DNA of 64,000 nucleotides. Origin: Pyrinomonadaceae bacterium. GTDB taxonomy: Bacteria > Acidobacteriota > Blastocatellia > Pyrinomonadales > Pyrinomonadaceae. Location: NCBI GenBank assembly GCA_046262295.1, contig JBHENC010000015.1, positions 16,700 through 80,699 on the forward strand, in the 5' to 3' direction. Both the position numbers and the translations under genes were made by a program. Each line of letters starts with the position of its first letter. Position 1 is the first letter of the stretch. This document shows positions 8,874 through 17,947 of this stretch, one piece after another. The notes beneath the pieces are model-generated. The model was not told the origin of the DNA. It saw nothing but the letters and a program-made list of their open reading frames with translations, and ran no database searches.

Positions 8874-8961
8874 GCCTAACAACGGCATCCAGCGGATGCG
8901 CAAATAAGCTTGAATCTCAAATTCAATCGTCCGTGCGCGCCGCTGATGCCGGGCGTTAGAT
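8874..8961 (+). mobile_element. Integron attC recombination site 2 (88 bp)
   Basis: R'' is GCCTAAC at 8874..8880 and R' is GTTAGAT at 8955..8961. The inner arms GGCATC(C)AGCGG(AT)GCGCA and GTGCGCGCCGCTGATGCC are complementary with unpaired bases in the 5' arm. It shares the tail GATGCCGGGCGTTA with attC 1. Confidence 0.7.
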
Positions 8962-9060
8962 TCCTTATCCTTGTAAGAAGCCTGGAATTTGACGTTGCCG
9001 CTTTATAAATCATAAAGATAATGTCCCGGTAGAATGTTTCCCGGAAGGTTTTGAAGAGTT

Positions 9061-9210
9061 AGCTCCGTTAGGAGCGGGATGTTTATAGAATCAAAGCACA
9101 CCGTTGGCGAAAGCTCCGTAGGAGCGGTATGTGCGGGAAATGTCGCTCCTAACGGAGCTAAGAAGAACTGACCGCGTCGTTAACTATAAACATTCCGTCC
9201 CTACGGGACT
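9061..9210. repeat. Block of four REP/BIME-like hairpin units, two in each orientation
   Basis: Units lie at 9061..9090 and 9112..9137 (minus orientation) and at 9138..9159 and 9182..9210 (plus orientation). Each has a 5-bp stem-loop (GCTCC-N3-4-GGAGC or GTCCC-TAC-GGGAC). Units 1 and 4 carry a TATAAACAT box. Confidence 0.55.
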
Positions 9211-9415
9211 TCTTCTATCAGCTTCCCAACACGGCCTCCTTACGTTCAAGTTAAATATCCTTCATTCGTCACATCTCGATTCCGGCGCTCATTATCCGGC
9301 AAACTTTTCAACCTTTCCGCTCTCCGCCGCGTCTAAAAGTCATAGGTGAAGGCTAAACGGCTCGTTTGACTGGCCTTCGCTTCTCGCAGACTTTTAATAA
9401 ACATCTATTGAAACG

Positions 9416-11551
9416 GTGGCTAACATGAACACTTCCAACAAACGTGCCCGTCAATCGCTAAATGAAAGAGTTCGACGCGCGACGGCGTTGCTGGCGCTGC
9501 TGGCTTTAGCTTTCAATATGTTCGGCGGGGCGCTCGCGGCTTACGCGCAGAATGTGCGTGGTACGTCGCGTTTGAGCGATGACCGGCGCGTGCTGCACGT
9601 GCTCAATCGTCTGGGATTCGGGGCGCGTCCCGGCGATGTGGAGCGTGTGCGGGCAATGGGCGTTGACCGTTATATAGAGCAGCAGCTTCACCCGGAACAG
9701 ATTGCGGACGCGGCGGCGGAAGCGAAGCTGGGTAATCTGCCGACGCTGAAGATGACGATTGCGGAACTGTATGCGAAGTATCCGCAGCCGGGGCAGCTTC
9801 TGCGCAGGCTGCAACGGCAGGGCGAACTGCCCGCAGACCTCGCTGCGTTGCGCCCGAAGAACGGTAATGCTAAAGGGAACGCGATGCCTGTCGCCGGTGC
9901 AAACGCCGCCAGCCCTGACAACGCGAAAGAGATGAGCGCGCCGAATAATACGGCGATGCCGTCGAACATTGATGCGGCGCAGAATTTCGACAAGAAGGAA
10001 TACCGCGAGGCATTGCGCGATTACTACGCCAAGAATAATTTGCAGAACCCGCAACGCATCGTCGGGGAATTGCAGGCCGCGCGAATCCTGCGCGCCGTTT
10101 ACAGCGAACGGCAATTACAGGAATCGCTCGTTGATTTCTGGACGAACCACTTCAATGTCTTCGCGGGCAAAGGACTCGACCGCTGGTTTCTGACCTCGTA
10201 TGACCGCGACACGATTCGCCCACACGCTCTCGGCAAGTTTCAAGACTTGCTGCTCGCCACCGCGCAAAGCCCCGCGATGCTTTTCTATCTAGACAATTTT
10301 CAAAGCGTCAGCCCCAACGCCCCGCAAGGCGGATTAGGACGTGGCGCTTTGATGAACAATCAACGCGCGCCCGATCAGACGCGCGGCGGACTCTTCGTCG
10401 GCGACGGGCGATTAAGACGCCGCGCGATGCCGCAAAATGCCGCGCCGCAAACAACGATGCCCGACGGCAGCATGATGCCGCAACAGCCACAGCAACCGGC
10501 GCGCCCGCCGCAACCGCAGCGCGCCAAGCGCGGCATTAATGAAAACTACGCGCGCGAGTTGATGGAACTGCACACGCTCGGCGTTGACGGCGGCTACACG
10601 CAAAAAGATGTACAGGAAGTCGCGCGCTGCTTCACCGGATGGACGCTTTACAATCCGCGCGCCTTCTTCGGCGATAGCGACAACACAGGCAAGTTCTACT
10701 TTAATCCACGCCTGCATGACGACGGCGAAAAGATGGTGCTCGGCCACAGGATTCCGGCGGGCGGCGGCATCAAAGACGGCATGATGGTGCTGGACATTCT
10801 TGCGCATCATTCTTCGACCGCGAAATTTATTGCGACGAAGCTCTGCCGCAACTTCGTGGCAGACAATCCTACGCCCGCTTTAGTCGCGCGCGTCGCCGCC
10901 GCCTTCACAAAGAGCGACGGCGACATACGCGAAACACTGCGCGCCGTCTTCACGTCCCTGGAATTCAATGCGCCGGAAGTGTACCGCGCGAAGATCAAGA
11001 CGCCGTTCGAGGTAGCCGTCAGCGCGATTCGTGCGCTTGGAGCAGACACGGATGCGCGCCCTGCTCTGCATCAATGGATTGCGAAGATGGGACAGCCGCT
11101 TTACGGTTATCAAACGCCGAACGGCTACCCGGATGTCGCCGAAGCGTGGGTCAACACAGGCTCTTTGCTGGAGCGTTTGAATTTCGCGCTCGCGCTCGCC
11201 GGTAATCGCATTCCCGGCACGCGCGTCAATCTTGCGCGCATCGCGGGCGAAGGCGCGTTGAGCGGCGGCACGTTGGACAGCACCCGCGTTGTGGATCAAT
11301 TCGTGAAACTGATTTTGCAGGGCGATGTTTCGCCGCGAACCAGAACGACGCTGATGAAGCAGTTGAGTGAACAATCCGCCGCGCCCGTCGTCGCAAAGCA
11401 AACGGATGAACCGTCGCAGACCGTTGCGACAGAAATTAACATTCGCGCCGCACGCCGCGAACAGGAAACACGCGGCGCAACCGTCGGCAATCCCGAAGTC
11501 GCCAAGATCGCCGCGCTGATTCTCGGCTCACCGGAATTTCAAAGGCAATAA
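9416..11551 (+). CDS. DUF1800 family protein
   Basis: 711 aa with an N-terminal signal/anchor. The LNRLGFGARPGDVERV...YIEQQLHPE signature is typical of DUF1800, and its usual DUF1501 partner follows. The start could instead be ATG 9425. Confidence 0.85.
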   Translation: MANMNTSNKRARQSLNERVRRATALLALLALAFNMFGGALAAYAQNVRGTSRLSDDRRVLHVLNRLGFGARPGDVERVRAMGVDRYIEQQLHPEQIADAAAEAKLGNLPTLKMTIAELYAKYPQPGQLLRRLQRQGELPADLAALRPKNGNAKGNAMPVAGANAASPDNAKEMSAPNNTAMPSNIDAAQNFDKKEYREALRDYYAKNNLQNPQRIVGELQAARILRAVYSERQLQESLVDFWTNHFNVFAGKGLDRWFLTSYDRDTIRPHALGKFQDLLLATAQSPAMLFYLDNFQSVSPNAPQGGLGRGALMNNQRAPDQTRGGLFVGDGRLRRRAMPQNAAPQTTMPDGSMMPQQPQQPARPPQPQRAKRGINENYARELMELHTLGVDGGYTQKDVQEVARCFTGWTLYNPRAFFGDSDNTGKFYFNPRLHDDGEKMVLGHRIPAGGGIKDGMMVLDILAHHSSTAKFIATKLCRNFVADNPTPALVARVAAAFTKSDGDIRETLRAVFTSLEFNAPEVYRAKIKTPFEVAVSAIRALGADTDARPALHQWIAKMGQPLYGYQTPNGYPDVAEAWVNTGSLLERLNFALALAGNRIPGTRVNLARIAGEGALSGGTLDSTRVVDQFVKLILQGDVSPRTRTTLMKQLSEQSAAPVVAKQTDEPSQTVATEINIRAARREQETRGATVGNPEVAKIAALILGSPEFQRQ

Positions 11552-11612
11552 CGAAACGCAAACTTGCGTATGACCAAGCCGCTTCTTTATCGAAGCGAGA
11601 GGCACTTAAACG

Positions 11613-12887
11613 ATGAGCATTAATCGTAGATTCTTTCTGAAATCCGGTGGCATCGCGCTCGCCAGCATCGGCGTGATGAACAGCGCGCCCTCTTTTTTGC
11701 AGCGCACCGTGCTGGCGCAAAACGCTAACCGCATCGCGGGCAGCCGCCGCAAAACTTTAATTGCGATCTTTCAGCGCGGCGCGATGGACGGCCTTAACGT
11801 GGTCGTGCCGCACGGCGAAAGAAACTATTACGGATCGCGCCCGACCATTGCGATTGCGAAGCCGCAAGCGGGCAATGAAGAGGCTGCGATTGATCTTGAC
11901 GGTTTCTTCGGTCTGCATCCCGCGCTCGCGGGCTTTAAGCCTTTGTGGGACGCGAAGCGGCTGGCGATTGTCCACGCGGCGGGTTCGCCCGATACGACGC
12001 GCTCGCACTTCGACGCGCAGGACTACATGGAATCCGCCACGCCCGGCCTTAAAGCGACGGAAGACGGCTGGCTCAATCGCTACTTGCAGACGAAGATTGA
12101 TCCCCACGCTTCGCCGTTTCGCGCCATCGCGTTGGCGCAGAATTTGCCGCGTTCTTTGCAGGGCAAAGCAAGCGCGCTCGCCGTCTCCGATCTGGCGGAC
12201 TTTACGATTCGCGCGGGCGCGTCTTCGGCAATCGTGCAGGGCGGCTTCGAGTCTATGTACGATCAAAGCGTCAAAGACGTATTGCAGGGCACGGGGCATG
12301 AGACGTTCGAGGCGGTCAATTATCTGAAGCGCGTTAATCCGTCGCAGTACAGGCCGGAGCGCGGCGCACAATATCCGCGCGGGCGTTTCGGCGAGTCCTT
12401 GTTGCAGATTGCGCAGCTCATCAAGGCGGGCGTCGGCCTCGAAGTCGCCTTCACGGACACCGGCGGCTGGGACACGCATCTCAATCAAGGCGGCGCGCGA
12501 GGTTCGCTTGCCAATCGCCTTCAGGAATTGAGCGCAGGCATCACGGCGCTCGTCACGGATTTAGGCGAGCGGATGGACGATGTGTTGATTTTAACGATGT
12601 CGGAGTTTGGCCGCACGGTGAAGGAGAACGGCACGCGCGGCACGGATCACGGCCATGCCAACGCGATGTTCGTCATCGGTAACCACGTGCGCGGCGGCAA
12701 AGTTCACGGCCAGTGGCCGGGACTCAAAAACGATCAACTCTACGAAGGCCGCGATCTCGCCTTAACCACAGACTTCCGCGACGTGTTCAGCGAAGTCGTC
12801 CAGCGGCAACTCGGCAATGCAAATTTGAAAGAGATTTTTCCCGGCTATCCGATAAGCCCCGCCAAATTTCGCGGCGTGCTCGGTTAA
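11613..12887 (+). CDS. DUF1501 family protein (Tat-exported, sulfatase-like fold)
   Basis: Twin-arginine leader MSINRRFFLKSGGIALAS and a GGWDTH motif. Paired with DUF1800. Confidence 0.85.
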   Translation: MSINRRFFLKSGGIALASIGVMNSAPSFLQRTVLAQNANRIAGSRRKTLIAIFQRGAMDGLNVVVPHGERNYYGSRPTIAIAKPQAGNEEAAIDLDGFFGLHPALAGFKPLWDAKRLAIVHAAGSPDTTRSHFDAQDYMESATPGLKATEDGWLNRYLQTKIDPHASPFRAIALAQNLPRSLQGKASALAVSDLADFTIRAGASSAIVQGGFESMYDQSVKDVLQGTGHETFEAVNYLKRVNPSQYRPERGAQYPRGRFGESLLQIAQLIKAGVGLEVAFTDTGGWDTHLNQGGARGSLANRLQELSAGITALVTDLGERMDDVLILTMSEFGRTVKENGTRGTDHGHANAMFVIGNHVRGGKVHGQWPGLKNDQLYEGRDLALTTDFRDVFSEVVQRQLGNANLKEIFPGYPISPAKFRGVLG

Positions 12888-12907
12888 GAATTATTGTTAG
12901 CGTAAAG

Positions 12908-12947
12908 AAACAGGCGATGCTCACGGATTCGAGAGCATCGCCTGTTT
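12908..12947 (+). terminator. 15-bp perfect stem hairpin after the DUF1501 gene
   Basis: aaacaggcgatgctc (12908..12922) pairs with gagcatcgcctgttt (12933..12947) around a 10-nt loop. The trailing T tract is weak (gcctttcgg). Confidence 0.5.
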
Positions 12948-12974
12948 GCCTTTCGGTTCGTGTAGAATCGCGCG

Positions 12975-13283
12975 ATGGTTTTGGAGATTGTCTATTCGAT
13001 CAATGATGTTCCGATCCGCCTGACTGATGAACGGTGGGATAAGATCGTTGACAGCCATCCGTATATGACCGCTCGCTACGAGCAAATGCTTGATACGATG
13101 GAAGACCCGGAGTATATTTTTCAGGGACACGGCGGCACGCTGGTGGCCGTCAAGGTGCTTGGCAAAAAGAGCTTCCTTAATGTCATGTACCGGGAGATTG
13201 GCGACGCCGACGGATTTATCATCACGGCCTTTATCACTACGAAGCTCGATAAGAAGCGCGCGATATGGCGAAGAGACTCTTGA
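12975..13283 (+). CDS. Small protein, possible toxin-type partner of the downstream DUF2283-like gene
   Basis: 102 aa. It overlaps the next ORF by 19 nt and is AT-richer than its surroundings. I cannot name the family. Confidence 0.45.
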   Translation: MVLEIVYSINDVPIRLTDERWDKIVDSHPYMTARYEQMLDTMEDPEYIFQGHGGTLVAVKVLGKKSFLNVMYREIGDADGFIITAFITTKLDKKRAIWRRDS

Positions 13284-13519
13284 AAGAGACACCCGAAGAG
13301 GAATTGCTGCGGCTCGCAGGCGGGCGCGTGGTGTTGCCGCCGGGAGACCTGCTGCTAAAATATCAGTCCGACGTTGATATGCTGGCCGTCATACTCGACC
13401 CTGCGACGCCTTCGACTCATAGCGAAGACGATCAACGGCGCGGCCTCATCTTCAACTTTGCGGGCAAAAAACTCGTTTCTATCGAAGTGCTAGACCTCTA
13501 TGGCACTTTCGTTAGCTAG
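13265..13519 (+). CDS. DUF2283-like small protein
   Basis: 84 aa. The pattern LLLKYQSDVDMLAVIL...GLIFNFAGKKLVSIEVLDL resembles the DUF2283 layout (Y-D-x-x-D-x-L-x-I ... G-x-I-V-G-I-E-I-L). Confidence 0.5.
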   Translation: MAKRLLKETPEEELLRLAGGRVVLPPGDLLLKYQSDVDMLAVILDPATPSTHSEDDQRRGLIFNFAGKKLVSIEVLDLYGTFVS

Positions 13520-13562
13520 AAAACCTTTAACAATAAAAGTCTTTTTTGTCGCCGGTTTGTCG

Positions 13563-14179
13563 TCACAGCTTTTGTCCGCCCAGATGACTGATGAATAAGA
13601 GCAGCGCGGCGGCGATGACGGAGACGATGACGGCGAGCGTGAAGGCTTCGTTGTCATGTCCGGCTTGGACGGCGTTGTAGATGGCGACGGAGGCCGTTTG
13701 CGTTCTGCCGGGAATGTTTCCGGCGATCATAATGGTGACGCCGAAATCACCTAAGGCGCGCGCGAAGGCGAGCGCCGTTGCCGCCAGCACGCCCTGCCGC
13801 GATAAAGGAAACGTGACGCGGAAAAATGTTCTTCGTTCATTGAGGCCGAGCGTGCGTGCGGCGGCTTCGAGTTCGCCGTCAACGCTCTCGAAGGCGGCGC
13901 GCAAACTTTTCGTCACAAGCGGCAGCGCATGAAGCGTCGCGGCGATAATCGCGGCGGTCACCGTGAAGGCCAGGCGTATGCCGAATTGTCGTAGAGAAAC
14001 GCGCCGAAGAAAGAGCGCGTGCCGAGCGGCACGAGCAGGTAATAGCCCAAGACCGTCGGCGGCAACACAAGCGGCAGCGTGATGATCGCGTCCAGCAGAT
14101 TGCGTCCCGGAAAGCGGCGTCGCGCCAGCAACCACGCGAGGCTCGATCCGACGACGAGCGCGATGATCGCCGTCGCCAC
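13563..14179 (-). pseudogene. modB: Molybdate ABC transporter permease ModB, frame-disrupted and orphan
   Basis: The N-terminal 73 aa (track ORF 13958..14179: ...[21 protein letters not shown]) and the C-terminal part (track ORF 13563..14195 from [24 protein letters not shown]... to ...ARALGDFGVTIMIAGNIPG) are in different frames. The switch is near 13985-13995. No modA or modC is adjacent. Confidence 0.65.
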
Positions 14180-14291
14180 AATGAACGACAGCCATATCGG
14201 AAATTAATCAATCTCGCCGCCGCTCATCGCAACGTGCGCAAACGATGAATGCCGTTAAGGAAAGAGACGTGCGTCAAGATGTTCCTTGAAT

Positions 14292-14489
14292 TCATTCGGT
14301 GTTGAAATTCTTTTCGTTCTTGATCTCTTCGTTGCCCGGCCTTTCGACTCCGGGAAGCGTGATGTCATCTTCCAATGCTTCGGCGGTGCGCGTCGCACGG
14401 GCGGCTTCGTTCTCGTTGCGAAACATCTGTTGCTGATCGTCATCGAAACTCGCCGCCGGTTCTTCGTCTCTTTCCTTATCTTTGTTCAT
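14292..14489 (-). CDS. Small acidic hypothetical protein (65 aa)
   Basis: MNKDKERDEEPAASFDDDQQQMF... is preceded by a strong GGGGAG ribosome-binding site. No family recognised. Confidence 0.4.
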   Translation of the reverse strand: MNKDKERDEEPAASFDDDQQQMFRNENEAARATRTAEALEDDITLPGVERPGNEEIKNEKNFNTE

Positions 14490-14573
14490 CGTATCTCCCC
14501 TTACCAATTTTATTCGTTTGAACTAACGCATCTGCAATTGCCCCTCTATACATCTTTCCGCGTGCCGTAAATT

Positions 14574-15281
14574 TTAATCGGGCAGAAGCTCGCAGCAGTA
14601 ATGATCGTCGCGGAATGCGACTTTGCCGCGCCTGAACTTTAGCTCATGCTCGAAGATAATGCCGTCGTAGACGAAGGTGTGAAACTCTCCACGTTCGCCG
14701 CACGGGTCAATGTTCGGGGGAAGTCTTTCGAGAAAATCCGCGTCGAACATTTTACCGGCAAACGATTCGTCCAGCATCTTTGCATTAACCGAGACGACGA
14801 CGGCCTTGAACCCGAGCTTAATAAAATCTGCGGCGAACTTCAAAGTATCACGTCCCCACACCGGATATATGCCGCGCATTCTGTGCCGCGCCAGAAACTG
14901 CTCACGGTACGCTCTGATGTCTTCGAGAAATAGATCGCCGTAGACGATTTGTTCGATGCCTTCTTCGTCGCGGAACGGCGCGAGTGCTTTTATCATCGTG
15001 CTCTCGTATTCGGCGTTTGTCGCCTTCGGAGCGATGAAGACTTTACGCAGCGGAAGATTGATGCTTGCGGCCTGCGCTTCGATCAACTCGCGCCGCACAT
15101 TGTGAATGCCGACGCGCCCGCCATCATCGGCGTCGCGCGTGAATGTCGTCAGCAAGGCAATGACGCGCGCCTGCTCCGCGCGCTGAATTTCGTAGAGCGC
15201 CATCGCGCTATCTTTTCCACCGCTCCATGAAACTAAAACCGTCTCCACCCGCGCCCGTCCTTTGTTTAATTGAACACGCAT
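14574..15281 (-). CDS. MJ0570/Dph6-related ATP pyrophosphatase (adenine nucleotide alpha-hydrolase)
   Basis: PP-loop VLVSWSGGKDSAMAL and C-terminal GERGEFHTFVYDG. The start was trimmed to MRVQLNK at 15281, because the track ORF extends to 15497 and overlaps birA. Confidence 0.75.
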   Translation of the reverse strand: MRVQLNKGRARVETVLVSWSGGKDSAMALYEIQRAEQARVIALLTTFTRDADDGGRVGIHNVRRELIEAQAASINLPLRKVFIAPKATNAEYESTMIKALAPFRDEEGIEQIVYGDLFLEDIRAYREQFLARHRMRGIYPVWGRDTLKFAADFIKLGFKAVVVSVNAKMLDESFAGKMFDADFLERLPPNIDPCGERGEFHTFVYDGIIFEHELKFRRGKVAFRDDHYCCELLPD

Positions 15282-15410
15282 TATTCCCCAGCTTCGCCGG
15301 AAAACGAAGCGTGAAACAGGTTTCGCCGTTGCCGCCCTTTTGACGCGCGCGTTGAGCCGCCCTAGAATGTTCCGGTTGTCAACAAAAAAAGGATTCCGCG
15401 TCGTTAGCGA

Positions 15411-16172
15411 ATGAGCCGCCAAGAGCTTCGCCCCATCATTCAGCGTTTCGATTCGCTGCCTTCGACAAACACGGAAGCGGCGCGGCAGGCGGCGCACGGT
15501 GTGCCCGAAGGTTTATGCGTCGTCGCGCGCGAGCAGACGGCGGGACGCGGCAGACGGCAGCGCGCGTGGATTTCGCCCGCCGGAACGGGACTCTATTTCA
15601 GTATCGTGCTGCGCCCGCAACTTGAAACACGCGTGTGGCCGCTGCTCACGCTGATGGCGGCGCTCGCCGTCCACGATGCGTTGAAAGAAGCGTGCGCGCT
15701 CGTCACGGACATTAAGTGGCCGAACGATATTATGGTAGGCGAGCGCAAACTGTGCGGCATTCTCGCGGAGACGTTTGAAGGCGGCACAACGCGCGCCTGC
15801 ATCGTCGGCATCGGCATCAATCTGCGCGAGAAATCTTTTCCGCCGGATTTACATGAAGTTGCCGCTTCGGTCGAAGCCGTGACGGGACGTGCCCCCGATG
15901 AAGAAGGTGTGCTGCAATCTTTAGTGCGCCGCCTGATAGATCGCTACGCGCGGCTGCATACGCCAAACGGCGCGCGGGAGTTGATAGACGAATGGATGGC
16001 GCGTTCTTCGTATGCCGTGAACAAATCGGTGCGCGTGACGATTGCTTCTGAAACTTTTGAAGGCACGACGCGCGGGCTGGAAACGGACGGCGCGTTGCGT
16101 GTTGAAACACGCGACGGGGAAACGAAGATCGTGCGCGCCGGAGATGTCGCGGCGGTGCGGCGTATGACGTGA
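15411..16172 (+). CDS. birA: Biotin-[acetyl-CoA-carboxylase] ligase (group I, no HTH)
   Basis: 253 aa with QTAGRGRRQRAWISP, GLYFSIVLRP and KWPNDI motifs. Confidence 0.85.
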   Translation: MSRQELRPIIQRFDSLPSTNTEAARQAAHGVPEGLCVVAREQTAGRGRRQRAWISPAGTGLYFSIVLRPQLETRVWPLLTLMAALAVHDALKEACALVTDIKWPNDIMVGERKLCGILAETFEGGTTRACIVGIGINLREKSFPPDLHEVAASVEAVTGRAPDEEGVLQSLVRRLIDRYARLHTPNGARELIDEWMARSSYAVNKSVRVTIASETFEGTTRGLETDGALRVETRDGETKIVRAGDVAAVRRMT

Positions 16173-16285
16173 ATGAAAGAAACGAAGGCGAGAGGGTGAA
16201 GATTCGAAACGAAATTTGGATCGTAAGAGTCGCTGATAAAGATTCCGCTCCGAACTCTTTTCAATTCTTCATTGCAACTTAATTT

Positions 16286-17071
16286 ATGCTGCTGGTTATT
16301 GACGCCGGTAATACGAACGTAAAACTTGGCCTGTATCAGGGCGAAGAGCTTATCCATCAATGGCGGATGGCGACCGAGCCTTCTTGCACGATTGAAGAAT
16401 ACGGCGCGCGTTTGCGCAATCTTTTGTCGCTCGCCGGAATAAAAATCGAAGTGGTTGAAGCAATTGTCATCGCGTGCGTCGTGCTGCCGCTCAATCGGAC
16501 TTTGCGGCGCGTGGCTGAAGATTATTTCAATGTGTCACCGATTTTCGTTGATTACAGAACCGACACGGGGCTTGAGATTCTCTACGATTCGCCGCCGGAC
16601 GTCGGAGCCGACCGGATCGTTAACGCTTTTGCCGCGCGCGAGAAATACGGCGCACCGTGCCTCGTCGTTGACTTCGGCACGGCGACGAAGTTTGAAGCCG
16701 TCAACGAACGCGGGCAATATCAGGGCGGCGTGATTGCGCCGGGCTTGGAGATTTCCATCAACGCGCTGTTCGAGCGTGCGCCGCGCCTTCCGCGCACAGA
16801 GCTTAAACGCCCGCCGTCTGTCATCGGCACGTCAACCGCCGGTGCGCTGCAATCAGGTTTTTACTACGGTCATGCGAGTCTCGTTGACGGCATCATTAAA
16901 CGTATGCTTGATGAGTTGGGAGCAAAAGGGCGCGTGGTGGCGACGGGCGGGTTGGCGAGTTTGATCGCAGACGGTTCGGAGTTGATCGAAATCGTTGACG
17001 ATACTTTGACGCTCGAAGGTCTGCGTTTGATTTACGAGCGTATGATGCAAGCGAAAACAATCCTGCCGTAG
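16286..17071 (+). CDS. coaX: Type III pantothenate kinase
   Basis: 261 aa with MLLVIDAGNTNVKLGLY and VDFGTATKF. The birA-coaX adjacency is common. Confidence 0.9.
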   Translation: MLLVIDAGNTNVKLGLYQGEELIHQWRMATEPSCTIEEYGARLRNLLSLAGIKIEVVEAIVIACVVLPLNRTLRRVAEDYFNVSPIFVDYRTDTGLEILYDSPPDVGADRIVNAFAAREKYGAPCLVVDFGTATKFEAVNERGQYQGGVIAPGLEISINALFERAPRLPRTELKRPPSVIGTSTAGALQSGFYYGHASLVDGIIKRMLDELGAKGRVVATGGLASLIADGSELIEIVDDTLTLEGLRLIYERMMQAKTILP

Positions 17072-17113
17072 GGAAAATAAATTTCAGGGCGAACGGAAAG
17101 CCGGATCGGCGGC

Positions 17114-17923
17114 GTGTATTCAATGGCAATCAATGACGGACAAGCGGGTGCGGCAAGCGAAGTTCTTTCTTCGACGAATCGCGCGCGCCTGAACTATTTC
17201 GATTATTTTACGGAGATAGAGGAAACTTTTGTGCGGCGGCGCGGCAGGCATTTGCTACTTAGCCCGATTGATTGGGCGTTGATGCAAAGTTGGAAAGAGA
17301 TCGGCGTGCCGCTGCACGTCGCGCTTCGCGGCATCGAACACGCCTTCGATTCTTACGAAGCGAAGCCGCGAGCGCGCAGCGTCAAGACGCTTCTTTACTG
17401 TCAGGAAGAAGTCGAAGCGCAGTTTGCCGAATGGCGCGAATCGCAACTCGGCGCAGCGACGCCCGCCGCAAACGACGAGGCCGCTGAAAAGACGGACGGG
17501 GAAGCGCGATTGCCGTTTCCGCGTCAAACGATTCTGGAGCATCTGGCACACGCGCGTGTGTCGCTGTCGGAAATCCGTGCGGAGCGAACGCAGAAGAAGC
17601 GTGCGGATGAGTTCTGCGAAACGCTGGCGCGCGTTGCCGTGCGGCTTGAAGAGTTGGAAAAGGATTTTGCGCGTGCGGCAAGCCCCGATGCGGAGAAGCT
17701 CGAAGCTTCGCTCACAAGTCTCGAAGCACTGCTCGACGCATCGTTGCGCGTGAGCCTTGCCAAAGAAGAGTTGGCGGCGGCGCAGGCCGAAACGAAAGCG
17801 CAGTTGCAGCCGTATCGCAGCCGCATGGAAGCGGCGACTTACGCGCAGACCTTCGATAATCTGTTGCTAAAACGTCTGCGCGAACAGCACGGCGTGCCGC
17901 GCCTCAGCCTGTTTTATCTTTAA
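17114..17923 (+). CDS. Hypothetical protein (269 aa, helical, Glu/Ala-rich C-terminal half)
   Basis: The ORF fills the gap between coaX and the methyltransferase gene on the same strand. No family recognised. Confidence 0.55.
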   Translation: MYSMAINDGQAGAASEVLSSTNRARLNYFDYFTEIEETFVRRRGRHLLLSPIDWALMQSWKEIGVPLHVALRGIEHAFDSYEAKPRARSVKTLLYCQEEVEAQFAEWRESQLGAATPAANDEAAEKTDGEARLPFPRQTILEHLAHARVSLSEIRAERTQKKRADEFCETLARVAVRLEELEKDFARAASPDAEKLEASLTSLEALLDASLRVSLAKEELAAAQAETKAQLQPYRSRMEAATYAQTFDNLLLKRLREQHGVPRLSLFYL

Positions 17924-17947
17924 CGACTTTCAATCTGGACGTATGCG

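Noticed and set aside
8729-8959. 76-aa ORF overlapping the end of the second cassette gene and attC 2.
   Set aside because: It is a read-through of the attC palindrome (...SVRAADAGR) in an alternative frame of a better-supported ORF.
9131-9349. 72-aa ORF MREMSLLTELRRTDRVVNYKHSVPTGL...
   Set aside because: It is a translation of the REP-like hairpin units rather than a gene. The peptide motifs arise directly from the repeat consensus.
7700-9500. Search for an integron integrase (intI) or attI next to the attC sites.
   Set aside because: No tyrosine-recombinase-like ORF occurs anywhere in the 64 kb. The array is therefore reported as integrase-less rather than as a complete integron.
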